A DNA stretch of 41,290 nt, from the UHGV virus genome UHGV-0387525. One strand, written 5' to 3'. A program made the translations under genes and the position numbers. This document shows, piece by piece, positions 17,362 through 28,504 of this stretch; the first letter of the stretch is position 1, and the number at the start of each line of letters is the position of its first letter. A model generated the notes under the pieces. It was not told where the DNA came from, did no database searches, and saw nothing but the letters and a program-made list of their open reading frames with translations. Source of the DNA: a virus.

Positions 17362-20300
17362 CTATTTCATCTGCTCTTCAACTTTATTTAGTAATGGTGA
17401 TATCGCCCACAGATTCTGAAAAGGTAGCATTTTACGGACAGCGTGGGTTTGCTGGCTGTCAAATTCTCCGTTAAGTACACCATTTGCAACCGTCGCGGCA
17501 TCACCGCCAAGATCAAAGGTAGGACCAAGTAAAGCACCAATAGCATTACGACTCTGAAACCTTGATACCGGAGGCGCACCAAACATCGCGCCAAGACCAA
17601 ACCTACCGCCGCTTATGTTCTCAACGGTATTCAGCGGCTCAGAGAGCCAGCCAAGCATTCCGCCCCGGTCGATCCCCTCTTTCACAAGGTTATTCCAGCT
17701 GTAGTCGATATCGCGACCGCTTAACTTCTGTTTCATCATATAGACCATTGAGCCAAGCGCAATCGTGCCAAGCGCACCAAGATAGAATGCAGCATCGCCC
17801 TGCTGGATACCAGATACCAGCACCCTGTTATGCTGTGCGAAGATAAACGTTTTGAACTGCGTGATCATCTTCCAGCCTTCTTTACTAAAAAACAGCGGTG
17901 TATCACCTACGCCAGGCGTTACAATCACTGAGTCTACATCTTTCAGCACTGCAGACTGGAAAATCTCTCTAGCGAAACGGTCATCCCACAGATGACTATG
18001 CCCGGTTAACAGCCCGCCCATATCCTCTCCGTGCTTCCCGAATTGCTCCCCGATTCGGCGCAGAACATCTTCATTGATGCCGACCTGTGCCATCTTCCGC
18101 ATTTCACTTTTGGAGAGCGTGCCACCAGCAGAAACTTGGCGAGCCGCGTCAAGTATCCTCGACTGCACTATCATCCCAGACCATGATTTAAGTGCGCTGT
18201 TCCACTGATTCATCAGCGTCCAGTTACCGAATTTCTGCGTCATCCAGTTCAGACCTCGCTCAGCGGCGCTTCTCCGGCTATAGGGGTCAGTAAGATCCGC
18301 TATAGCCTTTGTACGCGTAGACAGGACATAATCAAGCCCAACTGCCATTTCTCGCAAATCCCTGGTTGCAATTTTCACTGAGTCCATATTTTTAAGCATG
18401 CTTACCATTGGTCCGAGAGATTTTCTCAGGCCATGCTGCATCATCGGTCGCATCAGATCAGTTGCAGCGGAGACAGTCATTCCACCAAGCAAACGGAGGA
18501 AGTTAATATTCCTAGCAACTCGCCCGGCACGAACAAAGAAACTGCGTGGATCTTGAGGTGCACCGTAAGTACCAAGCAGTCGATCACGCATAGCCGTAAT
18601 ATCCCTAATATCAGCCTCCCGTTGCTTCTCAAGAACTGCACGTCGTTTAGGTGTTTTAGCCTCTTTTATTAGCCGGGTATATTCCTCACTAACCTGACGG
18701 ATTTGCTCCCCCATATCTTTACGGCCAAACTGCGCAGTCAGCTCAATTTCTGGTGCCACCTGCCGGAGATAACTTTCCATGATGTAGTTAACATCTGATT
18801 CAAGAAAATCTTCTATACGCTCATCAGGAATAAGCAGCGTTCTGCTTTTAGTGAAACCAGCCCGACCAACGAGTCTCTCTGGGATAATATCGGCTGGTAC
18901 AAGCCCGGAAGGTGCGCCTATTATTTTATTCACGATCTCGTCAGCAGCGTCCTCTGCTTCCTCTCGGGATAGAGGCTCCATCTGCTTCAGTGCTCGCTCG
19001 CGGCTTGCATTCAGCCTTGTGGTTGAATTTGCCCGTTTTTGCAGTCGGCGAAGCTCAGAACGATATTTCCGTGGATTATCCAGCAACTCCATATGGCGCT
19101 GATAGACAGGAAGCTCACTCTTTGCCTGCGCTATATCATCAAGGCGTGTTTTAAGGTCAGAGCTTTCTTTCATCATTCTTGCCTGAAGTTTTTCTGATGA
19201 AGTCTCGGCCAACTCTTTTTCTATTCTTGTAAGACGCGCCTGTGTGTCAGTCTCCTGAGATATAAGCTTATTTCGTTTATCCAGTTCTTCCATGAGTAGA
19301 ATTTTTTTACCAGACCATTTCTCCGCTTCAGCGATTTCACTAGCGAGAGCATCAGCGCGCGGTGCTGATTCCTCTGCAGTTTTTAGCAATGAATTTATCT
19401 TTTCAATTCGCTGACCTGCTTTGTCAGCACCTTTGGCACTAATCCCTTGTATCCAGTTGGCAATTCGCCCTCTGAATTCAGTGCGGTCGGAAAGTATCTT
19501 ATCGAACTTATAAATGCGGGGAAGATAACTCTTCGCCGTCACGACATCGATATCCTCAGGAAGGATCCCCAATTCCTGCATACGGGCTTTTGTGGTCTCA
19601 AAAATGGGGCGGATTCTGGCGGCTGCTTGTGAAACCTCAGGAATATCACTCTGATCACCACGGCGCATAGCCATGCCAACAGCTTCATTGAAATCAATAA
19701 AGTTCATCCTCTTCACGCCGCGGGCGCTGACAGATTTGCTGTACTGCTGGTAAGCATCACGAGTAGCTTCCATCTGCTTATAAAGCATGGCGTCGTATTG
19801 CTTAATCTTAGTCTCGACTGCCGTAAACGTAGCCAACCCCTCATCATTTTTGGCGAAGAAATAGTTATTTTCGGCAAGCTGCTGGTTAATCTGACGGGAG
19901 ACAAGAGATGGTGATTGCGCCAAGCGGCCAGCAGGAGTGACACTCAACGTTTTGTTAGCAAGTCCAAGTCCAGCGAGCTGTTCCTGATCGAGTGTGGTAT
20001 TGAAAACCTGAGCTGCACCAATGCTTTGAGGAGAATCCATACCTCGCAAATGATTACCTACTGAGTTAACCACTGCCTCGCGCGCGCTAGGTCCAGCAAG
20101 TAGCTGTGCACCAGCACCAAGGATCCCACCAACGAGAGCATCAACAACAACGTTCGATACGCTCTCCATCGGTGAGCGAGCTTCCTGAGTGGCCTGTAAT
20201 GCGGCTTCTGATACTCCCCCACCAGCAGCATTCGCCAGGGCAAAACGCCCTGCCGTCTCAGCAATACTTCCTCCACGCGCTACCGCCCCTACAGGGATGA

Positions 20301-20751
20301 ACATTGCAGCCACATTAACCGGGTCTATCATTCCCATTGCTAAGCTTGAAATAGTACCAGCACCACCCATTTCAGATAGATATTCTCTATCTGTTCTTTG
20401 CTTATCGATTCGATGTTTAATTGCCATTGTTTCTTCATGCGAACCGGAGTTGATAAACGAATCTGCAAAATCTTCATAGCCTTTAATATCTGCTGCATCG
20501 TTATCAAATGGGTTATATCCTTCAACCCTGTCAAACTGACTGAAAGGAGCACTGGCAATAAAGCTACCCAGCGTGTTATCTATACGAAATGCTGCTTGTC
20601 TAGACCTTTGAACGCGTTGATCACTGGTAAATGGGTTCACAGCAGAAAGCAAAGAAGGTGTTTCCATATAGAAATTACTGTCATCAGGTGCTGCTATTTG
20701 CTGAATATCCTCGCCAAGCAACTCTTTAGGATCCTGTTCATATATCGGCAT
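17362..20751 (-). CDS. large internal virion/ejection protein (T7 gp16-like by size and position)
   Basis: 1129 aa; Gly/Ala-rich and coiled-coil segments; last gene of virion block. Confidence 0.45.
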   Translation of the reverse strand: MPIYEQDPKELLGEDIQQIAAPDDSNFYMETPSLLSAVNPFTSDQRVQRSRQAAFRIDNTLGSFIASAPFSQFDRVEGYNPFDNDAADIKGYEDFADSFINSGSHEETMAIKHRIDKQRTDREYLSEMGGAGTISSLAMGMIDPVNVAAMFIPVGAVARGGSIAETAGRFALANAAGGGVSEAALQATQEARSPMESVSNVVVDALVGGILGAGAQLLAGPSAREAVVNSVGNHLRGMDSPQSIGAAQVFNTTLDQEQLAGLGLANKTLSVTPAGRLAQSPSLVSRQINQQLAENNYFFAKNDEGLATFTAVETKIKQYDAMLYKQMEATRDAYQQYSKSVSARGVKRMNFIDFNEAVGMAMRRGDQSDIPEVSQAAARIRPIFETTKARMQELGILPEDIDVVTAKSYLPRIYKFDKILSDRTEFRGRIANWIQGISAKGADKAGQRIEKINSLLKTAEESAPRADALASEIAEAEKWSGKKILLMEELDKRNKLISQETDTQARLTRIEKELAETSSEKLQARMMKESSDLKTRLDDIAQAKSELPVYQRHMELLDNPRKYRSELRRLQKRANSTTRLNASRERALKQMEPLSREEAEDAADEIVNKIIGAPSGLVPADIIPERLVGRAGFTKSRTLLIPDERIEDFLESDVNYIMESYLRQVAPEIELTAQFGRKDMGEQIRQVSEEYTRLIKEAKTPKRRAVLEKQREADIRDITAMRDRLLGTYGAPQDPRSFFVRAGRVARNINFLRLLGGMTVSAATDLMRPMMQHGLRKSLGPMVSMLKNMDSVKIATRDLREMAVGLDYVLSTRTKAIADLTDPYSRRSAAERGLNWMTQKFGNWTLMNQWNSALKSWSGMIVQSRILDAARQVSAGGTLSKSEMRKMAQVGINEDVLRRIGEQFGKHGEDMGGLLTGHSHLWDDRFAREIFQSAVLKDVDSVIVTPGVGDTPLFFSKEGWKMITQFKTFIFAQHNRVLVSGIQQGDAAFYLGALGTIALGSMVYMMKQKLSGRDIDYSWNNLVKEGIDRGGMLGWLSEPLNTVENISGGRFGLGAMFGAPPVSRFQSRNAIGALLGPTFDLGGDAATVANGVLNGEFDSQQTHAVRKMLPFQNLWAISPLLNKVEEQMK

Positions 20752-23498
20752 TATTTGCCCCCTGCGTATATATTGCTCGGAAGGTAATTGGCTGAACCAT
20801 AACCGAATGGTTTGGTCAGATCTGGAGGAGTATATCCATCTTTATTGCTGAACTGCGGCAGCGGATTGCCTTCTCTCCGCACTCTAGCCTCATCAACACG
20901 CTGTTGCTGGAACTGAATGGTTTGCCTGTACATTGGAGATGTCAGCTGATCCGGCTTGAAACGAACAGGGAGACCATTTTCTCCAATATAATTTCTCGGT
21001 TCTATCGCTCCGTTTGCGTCAGGCTGTAAAACCATAACAGCATAACTCCTATCCCTTGCCGTAAGGCCATCAGAAACAAGTATTAAGTCCGTATCACTGC
21101 GAGGACCGCCAAAGGATTTTGATTTAAGCTCGCGTTTTTCCTGCTCCCACTGCCCCTGTATCCAGTTACCAGCACCATTATTTACTCCGTACAATGCCTC
21201 AGGTGCATACTTCATAACCTCTGCTTTGCCATTAACTGTAGAAACTCCCCAGGTGGTTCTGATCATGGCATTGGTCATTTTCTCAGCCTGTTCTGCATCG
21301 CCACCTGTCTGTACAAAGTTAGCATCGTAAATTGTCTGGTAATCTCGCTGATAGGCCGCATTTGATTTTCCTGGATCGGTAATATCCGGAGACCACGAAC
21401 CAAAGGAAGTCAGACTGCTGGCGTTATTTTGTGCAGCAGTTGCCCTCGCCGCGACATATTTTTTGTCTCGCATGGCAGTGGAAAGCATCTGTTTCATTCG
21501 GTCATCCTGTTGGAACACCTGGCTGTAAGCCATATCAACAGCCTTATCCTCCGGCACGCCAGCGCGGGAATAATCATAAACCTTGCCGTAAAATGCCATC
21601 GTACTTTTATCAAGTGTTGCCGCTGCCGCCGGATTATTATCGAATAACTGACCGTAGAATTTTGCCATCGGGACAACCAGCGCAGGATCTCTTGATGTTG
21701 CTCCACTGTTAAGCATTGTTTTAACCTGAGTTGGTATCATGCCGCTTTTAGTTGTGACGGTGACCAGTGTATTGATGCTCTGCGGATCAGATATGGAAAA
21801 CGAAGGCGCGATATCCTGCGCGAAATAACGGTCTACCGCTGCCTGATTGTTTTTGTCGTTAGGGTCCAGCGGGAAGTTATTTTGCATTGAAGACACGAAC
21901 CTGTTTCTTCCCTGCTGAATCTCCCACTCCCTATCCATCTCTTTAAATTTGGCCTGCATTTTCTCCCAGCGTTGCTGGTTAGCTGCAAATCCAGGAGCGT
22001 TTGGATCCTGTGGACGTAAACGTTCAAGAATGTCTTGTCGTCCTTCTGGAGTGAGGTCTTTAGCGGCACCAATGACACCTCCATATTGTATCTGCGCCTG
22101 CATATCCTTCCACTTCATAGCGCCAATGCGCGGACCATTGGCCCGGATAAAATCGTCCTCAGAAGGTAACTTCTCAGGTTTCAATCCTTCATCAAGGGCT
22201 GAATATGCATCTTTAACTACGGTGCTAAGCTGGTCCGCATACTGCTGGCGGTACTGATTTCTCAGCTCATTAGCCTGCCTCAATGCCTGTATTTGCATTT
22301 GAGGGCTCATAGCGTCAAATGCCGCATTGCCCGTATAACGCTTAGGTGAATCAAGGTTAGTTAGACCAAGGGCTGCCGAGATACCAGTTTCAAGCTGTTC
22401 GGTGCTATAAGGCATACTGCCATTTTCGTGTTTAATAATCCCAGCACATAAAGCAGCTAGTGTCTTTGGGTTAGAGATATCAAGCTGATCATTCTCCCCA
22501 ACACCAAGCTCACTACACAATGCCCTAATATAAGCATCAGTATTATTACCATCACTAGCCGGAGCATAGCGATTAACAATCTCGCTAACGGTGTCATAGC
22601 CTTGACGCTGGTAAGACAACATATTTTTACCCAACGCGCGGATTCCATGCTCAGGGGTAGCAAACGTTGCAAAACGTCCATCGCTACCGATCTGACCTTC
22701 CCACGGGTTAGATTTGCTCGCTTCAATATTGCCAGGGTTATTATTACGTAAACCACGAGCATCCAATGAATTACCATGTGATATTGCACGACTCACACCA
22801 TCAAGATCCCCTGGCTCTCCATTAACCTGAAGAAACTCGTTGTATTTTTGAGCGATATTTCCTATCCATGCTTGCTGCCCCATTTGTTCCTTGAGCTGAG
22901 TTTTCTGCTGAACACGCCACTCATCAGGAAGCCCATGCGCATCAGCGTATTGATCAATAGATTCAAATCGCTGCTTGGCTAAATCGACAAATGCTTGGTT
23001 ATCGCTATATAGCCCCGCAGACTGAGTGACAGCCAATGCATTTCCTGACAAATACGTTTGATCTTGGAATTGCTGAAACTGCCCAACTTCATATCGACGT
23101 GCCTGATTGTAATAAGACTGCATAGACTGCTGGAGTTGAAAGGATAATTTATTCCTTTCCTCACTTTCAGGAATTGAGCCTAATAATGCCTGAGCCCTTT
23201 CCTGCATATTTTTCATAACAGCGTCACTCTGACCAAGAGCGTTTTTACCCTGTTTAGAAATCAGCCCATTTTCAGGGTTGTTAATCTGGTCATCTGCAAA
23301 TTGGTTAAATTGCAGTAACGCCTCCTGGGCCATAGCAACATTCGCTTTCTGCCTAGCTTCACCATATGCCACCGCATACTGATCTGCGACATTCGCCAGC
23401 ACCTGACCTGCTTGAGGAACATCGAAGGTCTGAAAACCACCGGTTTGCACACCACGACTTTGCACCTGGCGTCCGGATGTAGTAGGAACAACAGGCAT
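20751..23498 (-). CDS. internal virion protein (T7 gp15-like by position), possible muralytic segment
   Basis: 915 aa; segment RGLRNNNPGNI...FATFATPEHGIRALG resembles virion-associated cell-wall hydrolases (unverified). Confidence 0.4.
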   Translation of the reverse strand: MPVVPTTSGRQVQSRGVQTGGFQTFDVPQAGQVLANVADQYAVAYGEARQKANVAMAQEALLQFNQFADDQINNPENGLISKQGKNALGQSDAVMKNMQERAQALLGSIPESEERNKLSFQLQQSMQSYYNQARRYEVGQFQQFQDQTYLSGNALAVTQSAGLYSDNQAFVDLAKQRFESIDQYADAHGLPDEWRVQQKTQLKEQMGQQAWIGNIAQKYNEFLQVNGEPGDLDGVSRAISHGNSLDARGLRNNNPGNIEASKSNPWEGQIGSDGRFATFATPEHGIRALGKNMLSYQRQGYDTVSEIVNRYAPASDGNNTDAYIRALCSELGVGENDQLDISNPKTLAALCAGIIKHENGSMPYSTEQLETGISAALGLTNLDSPKRYTGNAAFDAMSPQMQIQALRQANELRNQYRQQYADQLSTVVKDAYSALDEGLKPEKLPSEDDFIRANGPRIGAMKWKDMQAQIQYGGVIGAAKDLTPEGRQDILERLRPQDPNAPGFAANQQRWEKMQAKFKEMDREWEIQQGRNRFVSSMQNNFPLDPNDKNNQAAVDRYFAQDIAPSFSISDPQSINTLVTVTTKSGMIPTQVKTMLNSGATSRDPALVVPMAKFYGQLFDNNPAAAATLDKSTMAFYGKVYDYSRAGVPEDKAVDMAYSQVFQQDDRMKQMLSTAMRDKKYVAARATAAQNNASSLTSFGSWSPDITDPGKSNAAYQRDYQTIYDANFVQTGGDAEQAEKMTNAMIRTTWGVSTVNGKAEVMKYAPEALYGVNNGAGNWIQGQWEQEKRELKSKSFGGPRSDTDLILVSDGLTARDRSYAVMVLQPDANGAIEPRNYIGENGLPVRFKPDQLTSPMYRQTIQFQQQRVDEARVRREGNPLPQFSNKDGYTPPDLTKPFGYGSANYLPSNIYAGGK

Positions 23499-24073
23499 CA
23501 GTAACCTCCTATTTTGAATCGGGAGTCAGAATTCATAAAACCTGAGTTAGATAACATTGGCGTCCCACCACTAGATGTACTTCCTTTAGAGAACGGACTC
23601 CACGTCCCACCAAACATCTGGTACGCACCGTATGCCTTCAGAGGCGCAGTGAGCAATGTTGTTGCTGCTCCCACATTCCCCTGTTTACGGGCTGAACTGG
23701 CTTCTGCTTTATAGTTGGCAGCCTGAACCTGATAACCGTAAGCCTCGCGTTGCGCGTTATTCACCGTCGTCAGAGAATCAAGAGCGCCAAACTGGGCAGT
23801 GTCGCCAAATATATCCAGCGCGTTACCTGTAGATAAATCGGCGCCGGTCGCCCCCATTGTCGCCGCCTGTGTACCAAGCCGCTGTCGGGTCTCTCTGCGC
23901 CGTTGCTCAGCTTCAGCGTTACCTCTGTTTATTGCATCATTTGCCTGAGCTGTGGCTATATCTGCGTTCGCTTCTGCAACCTTCGAGGCATACTTTCCCT
24001 GTTGGTACTGGGTGTATGCCTGAATGCCACTCATGGCGAGCATTGCGCCACCAGCAATAACCGGATCGCACAT
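23498..24073 (-). CDS. internal virion protein (gp14-like by position)
   Basis: 191 aa, Ala/Gln-rich; overlapping start/stop with neighbours. Confidence 0.35.
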   Translation of the reverse strand: MCDPVIAGGAMLAMSGIQAYTQYQQGKYASKVAEANADIATAQANDAINRGNAEAEQRRRETRQRLGTQAATMGATGADLSTGNALDIFGDTAQFGALDSLTTVNNAQREAYGYQVQAANYKAEASSARKQGNVGAATTLLTAPLKAYGAYQMFGGTWSPFSKGSTSSGGTPMLSNSGFMNSDSRFKIGGY

Positions 24074-24537
24074 TATTTTCTCTCCATGTGAAATCTGTGG
24101 AAATTAAGACCAAGAGCACCATAAGGCGCGGCTTCTTCAAGCCTGAATCCAAGCCAGTGCAGCCATGCTTTGGCAACATGGTTTCGCTCGTCGACATAGT
24201 TTTCCAGGCGCGGATAAACTGCCAGCATCTGCTGCAATACAGGGCGGCAGTGGCGAAGAAATGTCTTCTGATATTTTTCGATACGGCTGGTTCCGACCAG
24301 CCAGGGCGTACCATTGCCACCGATCATTGACGCCGGAGATACGCCAAACATGGTTACCAGTTCTCCGTTCGCAAATCCTGACCAGGCCATAGTCGCAGTA
24401 CGCAGACCAACACGCAGCGCATCTTCGGTAGTCATCAGTGATACCGCATACAGTTCGTCAATATCAGCCTGACGAACATCCGGCAAAATCATCTGAAGAT
24501 GCTCTTCGGTTGCGGGAATAATTTGAACATCGATCAT
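24073..24537 (-). CDS. internal virion protein (gp13-like by position)
   Basis: 154 aa; translationally coupled within structural operon. Confidence 0.35.
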   Translation of the reverse strand: MIDVQIIPATEEHLQMILPDVRQADIDELYAVSLMTTEDALRVGLRTATMAWSGFANGELVTMFGVSPASMIGGNGTPWLVGTSRIEKYQKTFLRHCRPVLQQMLAVYPRLENYVDERNHVAKAWLHWLGFRLEEAAPYGALGLNFHRFHMERK

Positions 24538-27008
24538 CAGAATCCCCCAACAGTAAGGCGAGGAATAACGGCAAGAACAGACAGCGGCAACGGGTCAAGC
24601 TGACGGATTTTTACACGTTCGTTTTTGCCCCAGTTACTGTCCAGTTTCACTTCTACTTTTCCGGTAGCATCATCAACAGGATCATCGTAGAACTCGAATT
24701 CACGCTGTGGATATTCGTACCATTTGCCGCCGGGCGTAGTCGCCCAGATGCCGCGACTGGCATTCACAACCAGAGTAACGGACGGGATCACCTGTTTTTT
24801 GTCCAGCAGCGTTTCCTGTCCGTTAATGTTGATATCCAGTGTTTCGAATTCAGCAGTTATTGGCAGGCCGATGTGCACAACAGCCCCAGGTGATTCCAGC
24901 GTGACGGCACCTCCGGAAACCACTTTCTGTGGTTCCACGTTCGCATCAGAGAGAATGTTTACGGTCTGGCCTTCAAGATGAGACAGGCCTCCAAATGTCC
25001 GGCGCGCCATCTGCCAGTTCGTGGTAGCCACATTCCTGAGGGATGGTGGGACGTTCCTGTTAGGACGAACCACTACAGCGGTATTGCTGGTTACAGAAAT
25101 AATGTCGCAACGTAATTCTTTTGACACTTCATCGCCAGTATCAGGATCAGTTCCGGTATAAGGGAACTGTAGTTGCGCGCCGACATCACTACTGGTGAAG
25201 TACGCACCACCAGAAACACTGATTGTATATTCCTCGCGGTAATCCCATTCGCCAGAACCACCAGTGATGATCATCGTTCTGTCAGACGTATTTCTTCCAT
25301 CATAGCTAAGGCCAGAATCAACAAAGAAAGCATCTTCATCGCTGGTAAATAAACGGCTGGACAGTCGCTCGATGTATCTCACTGTTTGCCCGTTAACGGT
25401 TCGGTTAACGACGAAATACACCGCATCTTCATTGCCTTCGCTGATACTGCATGTGCTTTCATATTTTCCGGTACTGGATTGTGGTGCCCATGCAAAAACC
25501 TGCTGATCACGCAAATAGGTCATCACCAGTAATTTACCGTCATCACGGATGCAGAAGGCGCTGGAGTAAGGGACTATTGAGAAGCACCAGTCAACAATGC
25601 TGTGCTTCTGAAAAAGATGATTGGCAAGGATAGTAAGGTCGTTCCCCTGATAGCCGTCAACATCGAATGAGTAGGCCAGATCACGGACAACACTGCCTTT
25701 CTCCTGGACGAACAGAGCAATATTCGCCACGGCAATTGGTGGGACATTGCTCGAGCCATTTGATCCCTGAGAGCTGAATGCAAATGATGATGGGGTAAGC
25801 ACTTTGTTCTGGTCGCCAGTGATGACGTACTCACCTCCGGAAGTCAGCGCCACCAGCGAACCAACATCAATCAGGTGGCGGATCTCATTAACCTGACGCC
25901 CGGCATAGGTGTAGATAATTCTGTCGTCATCCTGCGTAGGATTGCTTTTGCCAAAATCCTTATAATCCCCGGTACGGCTGGCCCAGATAGTCTGAGGAAA
26001 CGCAGTCGATGCGGCGAAGTAAAGACGTTGTTGATAATAAACAACAGTGCCAGGATAACCATTAACACTGTTCCAGGCATATTTAGCCCATTTATAGCTG
26101 GCATTATCCTCGCCAACTACCTGCGAAGGGATATAGGAAATCACCTCGGCAGTTGCAGTAGTTCCATTTGCAGCAGAGATACGGGCAATGCCAAAACCAC
26201 TGTGCAGATACTCCCACTCAATGCCGGTATCATCATCACCGGATCCGCCCCAGCCATCCCATGATGTGCCTTCTGTATGCGAAGGGCGCAAAGTGCCTGT
26301 TTTGCCTACTGTAACGGCGCGATAGTAGTTACTGTCTGCACGGCGAATATCGCCAATTGACGTACTCTTACTGGTTTCCCATACCGGCACAGAATCCACT
26401 GCAGGCTGTTCCAGATAGAACAATTTGCCTACCTGCTCCGCGCCAAAAATAGAGGCGCTTGCCGTTAACGTAATTGTCCCGGTGCTGGCGCTGGCATAAA
26501 CCGTCACTGACTCGTCAATATTGATATCTTCAAATGGTCCGTTCTTCGTTACCACATCAACCAGTTGCCAGTTGTCATGCGCATAGCGACGCAACTCTTT
26601 CGGCGGGTATGCCGGATGAACAAGCGTAAGCACGTCGGCGCTTTGCGTGAATTTAATTCGGAACAGATCGGCTTCAGTATATGGCGTGGCAATTTCATAA
26701 ATAACATTGCTGCTGTTCAGCACCAACGCACCATCTTTGATAACGCGCATGTACTGGTGTCCGAACTCCAGAGCATAGGTCTGAACCGTCGAGAACTGGA
26801 ACGGGATCAGGCGGCATTTCCGATTTGGGTATTTGGCGGCACCGACAAAACGCGTACCTGGTCGATTCTCAACGCCGCCATACTGCCGCACGATAAAGTT
26901 ATCGCACTTGCGCAATGCCACCTGGTACTTCGCCATGTCAATACGCCCGTACAACGACGGTCCAATCTCACCACCGGCAAAGCTGGGCTGGATCCAACTG
27001 ATAGCCAT
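24537..27008 (-). CDS. tail tubular protein B / nozzle (T7 gp12-like)
   Basis: 823 aa; size, position after gp11-like gene, N-terminal GGEIGPSLYGR pattern. Confidence 0.55.
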   Translation of the reverse strand: MAISWIQPSFAGGEIGPSLYGRIDMAKYQVALRKCDNFIVRQYGGVENRPGTRFVGAAKYPNRKCRLIPFQFSTVQTYALEFGHQYMRVIKDGALVLNSSNVIYEIATPYTEADLFRIKFTQSADVLTLVHPAYPPKELRRYAHDNWQLVDVVTKNGPFEDINIDESVTVYASASTGTITLTASASIFGAEQVGKLFYLEQPAVDSVPVWETSKSTSIGDIRRADSNYYRAVTVGKTGTLRPSHTEGTSWDGWGGSGDDDTGIEWEYLHSGFGIARISAANGTTATAEVISYIPSQVVGEDNASYKWAKYAWNSVNGYPGTVVYYQQRLYFAASTAFPQTIWASRTGDYKDFGKSNPTQDDDRIIYTYAGRQVNEIRHLIDVGSLVALTSGGEYVITGDQNKVLTPSSFAFSSQGSNGSSNVPPIAVANIALFVQEKGSVVRDLAYSFDVDGYQGNDLTILANHLFQKHSIVDWCFSIVPYSSAFCIRDDGKLLVMTYLRDQQVFAWAPQSSTGKYESTCSISEGNEDAVYFVVNRTVNGQTVRYIERLSSRLFTSDEDAFFVDSGLSYDGRNTSDRTMIITGGSGEWDYREEYTISVSGGAYFTSSDVGAQLQFPYTGTDPDTGDEVSKELRCDIISVTSNTAVVVRPNRNVPPSLRNVATTNWQMARRTFGGLSHLEGQTVNILSDANVEPQKVVSGGAVTLESPGAVVHIGLPITAEFETLDININGQETLLDKKQVIPSVTLVVNASRGIWATTPGGKWYEYPQREFEFYDDPVDDATGKVEVKLDSNWGKNERVKIRQLDPLPLSVLAVIPRLTVGGF

Positions 27009-27613
27009 CAGGACAACCTCGCAATGGTAAACTCGTCAACCGGTGGCTGTGGTTCCTGTGATTCATTCTGGCTATGCGAGCCAGCACTAAGAATCACGCG
27101 ATTGTACATATTGAGAGCAAATGTACCGAGATCCGCATTCCCAGTCAGCGCCATGTTAATGGCTGCCGCAAGACGCCAGGCCAGCGCCTCCATAAAAATG
27201 GCATCAAACATGTTTACATCTGAAACGCGAGAGACATACTTGAGCCATGCCTGCGGCTGGTCTGTGTAGATCAATTTTCCTGTTCCGTTGGTGTCTGCAC
27301 CAACTTCGTACTGAACGCGCATTGCTGCTGTTGGATTGCGTACACCAGGAAGCATAATTTCAGTAATGCGCAGACAATCTGACGGGTACTGGTACGCATA
27401 TTCCCAGTCAGGCGGTGGATTGCTCGTATCTGCAAGCGCCACGCGTTTGGTAGCAAAGTTCCAGTCAAAATCAGAAAGCACAGCATCACGGCAGGCCTCA
27501 AAGTGCAGCGAACATTCCCCCGCTTCCTTGCTGGCTTCCGTCAGGCTGTTAATGCTGCGGCTGTTGCCAATATTGGACAGCGCACGATTGCAGATCTCTA
27601 CTACAGAGGCCAT
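27008..27613 (-). CDS. tail tubular protein A / adaptor (T7 gp11-like)
   Basis: 201 aa; ALSNIGNSRSINSLTE resembles gp11 N-terminal ILASIGEPPVSTLEG. Confidence 0.55.
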   Translation of the reverse strand: MASVVEICNRALSNIGNSRSINSLTEASKEAGECSLHFEACRDAVLSDFDWNFATKRVALADTSNPPPDWEYAYQYPSDCLRITEIMLPGVRNPTAAMRVQYEVGADTNGTGKLIYTDQPQAWLKYVSRVSDVNMFDAIFMEALAWRLAAAINMALTGNADLGTFALNMYNRVILSAGSHSQNESQEPQPPVDEFTIARLS

Positions 27614-27669
27614 AAGTTTCTATACTCCTGCAATAAAGGGGCCGAAGCCCCTTGTCTGATTCGCGAGGC

Positions 27670-28014
27670 TTACACGCCCAGTTCTTTACGCTTATCTGCG
27701 ATCTTCTCGCGTAGCGTTTCGGCTTTGGCGTTATGGTGTGGCTTCTCGTTAAAGAGCAATTCGTACTCTTCACGGAGCTTATCCAGTTCACCATCATCTG
27801 ACACATCGTTGATGATTTTGGTGCTGGTTGCTGCCATTGACACCTTTCCTGCAACTTTTGCTTTTGCCTGTCTGGCTGCATCGTTAACAGGTTCCAGTGC
27901 GCTACCAGGCTCACCTTCGTATTCGATTTCTGCCCCCTCCGGCCACAGAGTGTTATGGATATGAGAGAGGCGCAGAACGCGGTATCTTGGTTTCTCACCT
28001 GACATCGATATCAC
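27670..28014 (-). CDS. hypothetical virion-module protein
   Basis: 114 aa ORF between capsid and tail genes. Confidence 0.35.
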   Translation of the reverse strand: MISMSGEKPRYRVLRLSHIHNTLWPEGAEIEYEGEPGSALEPVNDAARQAKAKVAGKVSMAATSTKIINDVSDDGELDKLREEYELLFNEKPHHNAKAETLREKIADKRKELGV

Positions 28015-28015
28015 C

Positions 28016-28453
28016 TTAACCAGTTACTTTTGAGCGGATCGGGTACGGCGTATTGGCATCAACATCCAGACTGATACCCGCAGTGAATTTGCCAGCCGTT
28101 AGTGGGCCAGTTGCGACGGAGTAGTTAACACGCAGATATCGCTGAACACCGGCAGGCACCTTTGCAGAAACAACTCGTTTACCTGCTGTCAGGGCGGTCT
28201 TTGCCAGTGCGCCACTATCATAAATAGTGGTCCATGAGCTGTTATTCTCACTCGTCTGCAACTGGATGTTTACAGTTGCATCACCGCTTGCCGCGGCGGC
28301 TGCGTTAACCAGCGCCCAAAACTCAAGCGGGTAACCCACGCCGATATCACGACGTTTTCCGTCAATTGGACCGAGATCGATTACGTCAGTAGAAGCCGCG
28401 GTATTCGTAACCGCCTGAGCTTCGGAGAACATCAACAGTTTGTCGGTGATCAT
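28016..28453 (-). CDS. hypothetical virion-module protein (possible minor capsid/decoration)
   Basis: 145 aa ORF immediately downstream of major capsid gene. Confidence 0.35.
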   Translation of the reverse strand: MITDKLLMFSEAQAVTNTAASTDVIDLGPIDGKRRDIGVGYPLEFWALVNAAAAASGDATVNIQLQTSENNSSWTTIYDSGALAKTALTAGKRVVSAKVPAGVQRYLRVNYSVATGPLTAGKFTAGISLDVDANTPYPIRSKVTG

Positions 28454-28504
28454 CTTCTTTCTCCATTAGTGGGTCTGTTACGACCCACAGGTTAATAACA
28501 GGCG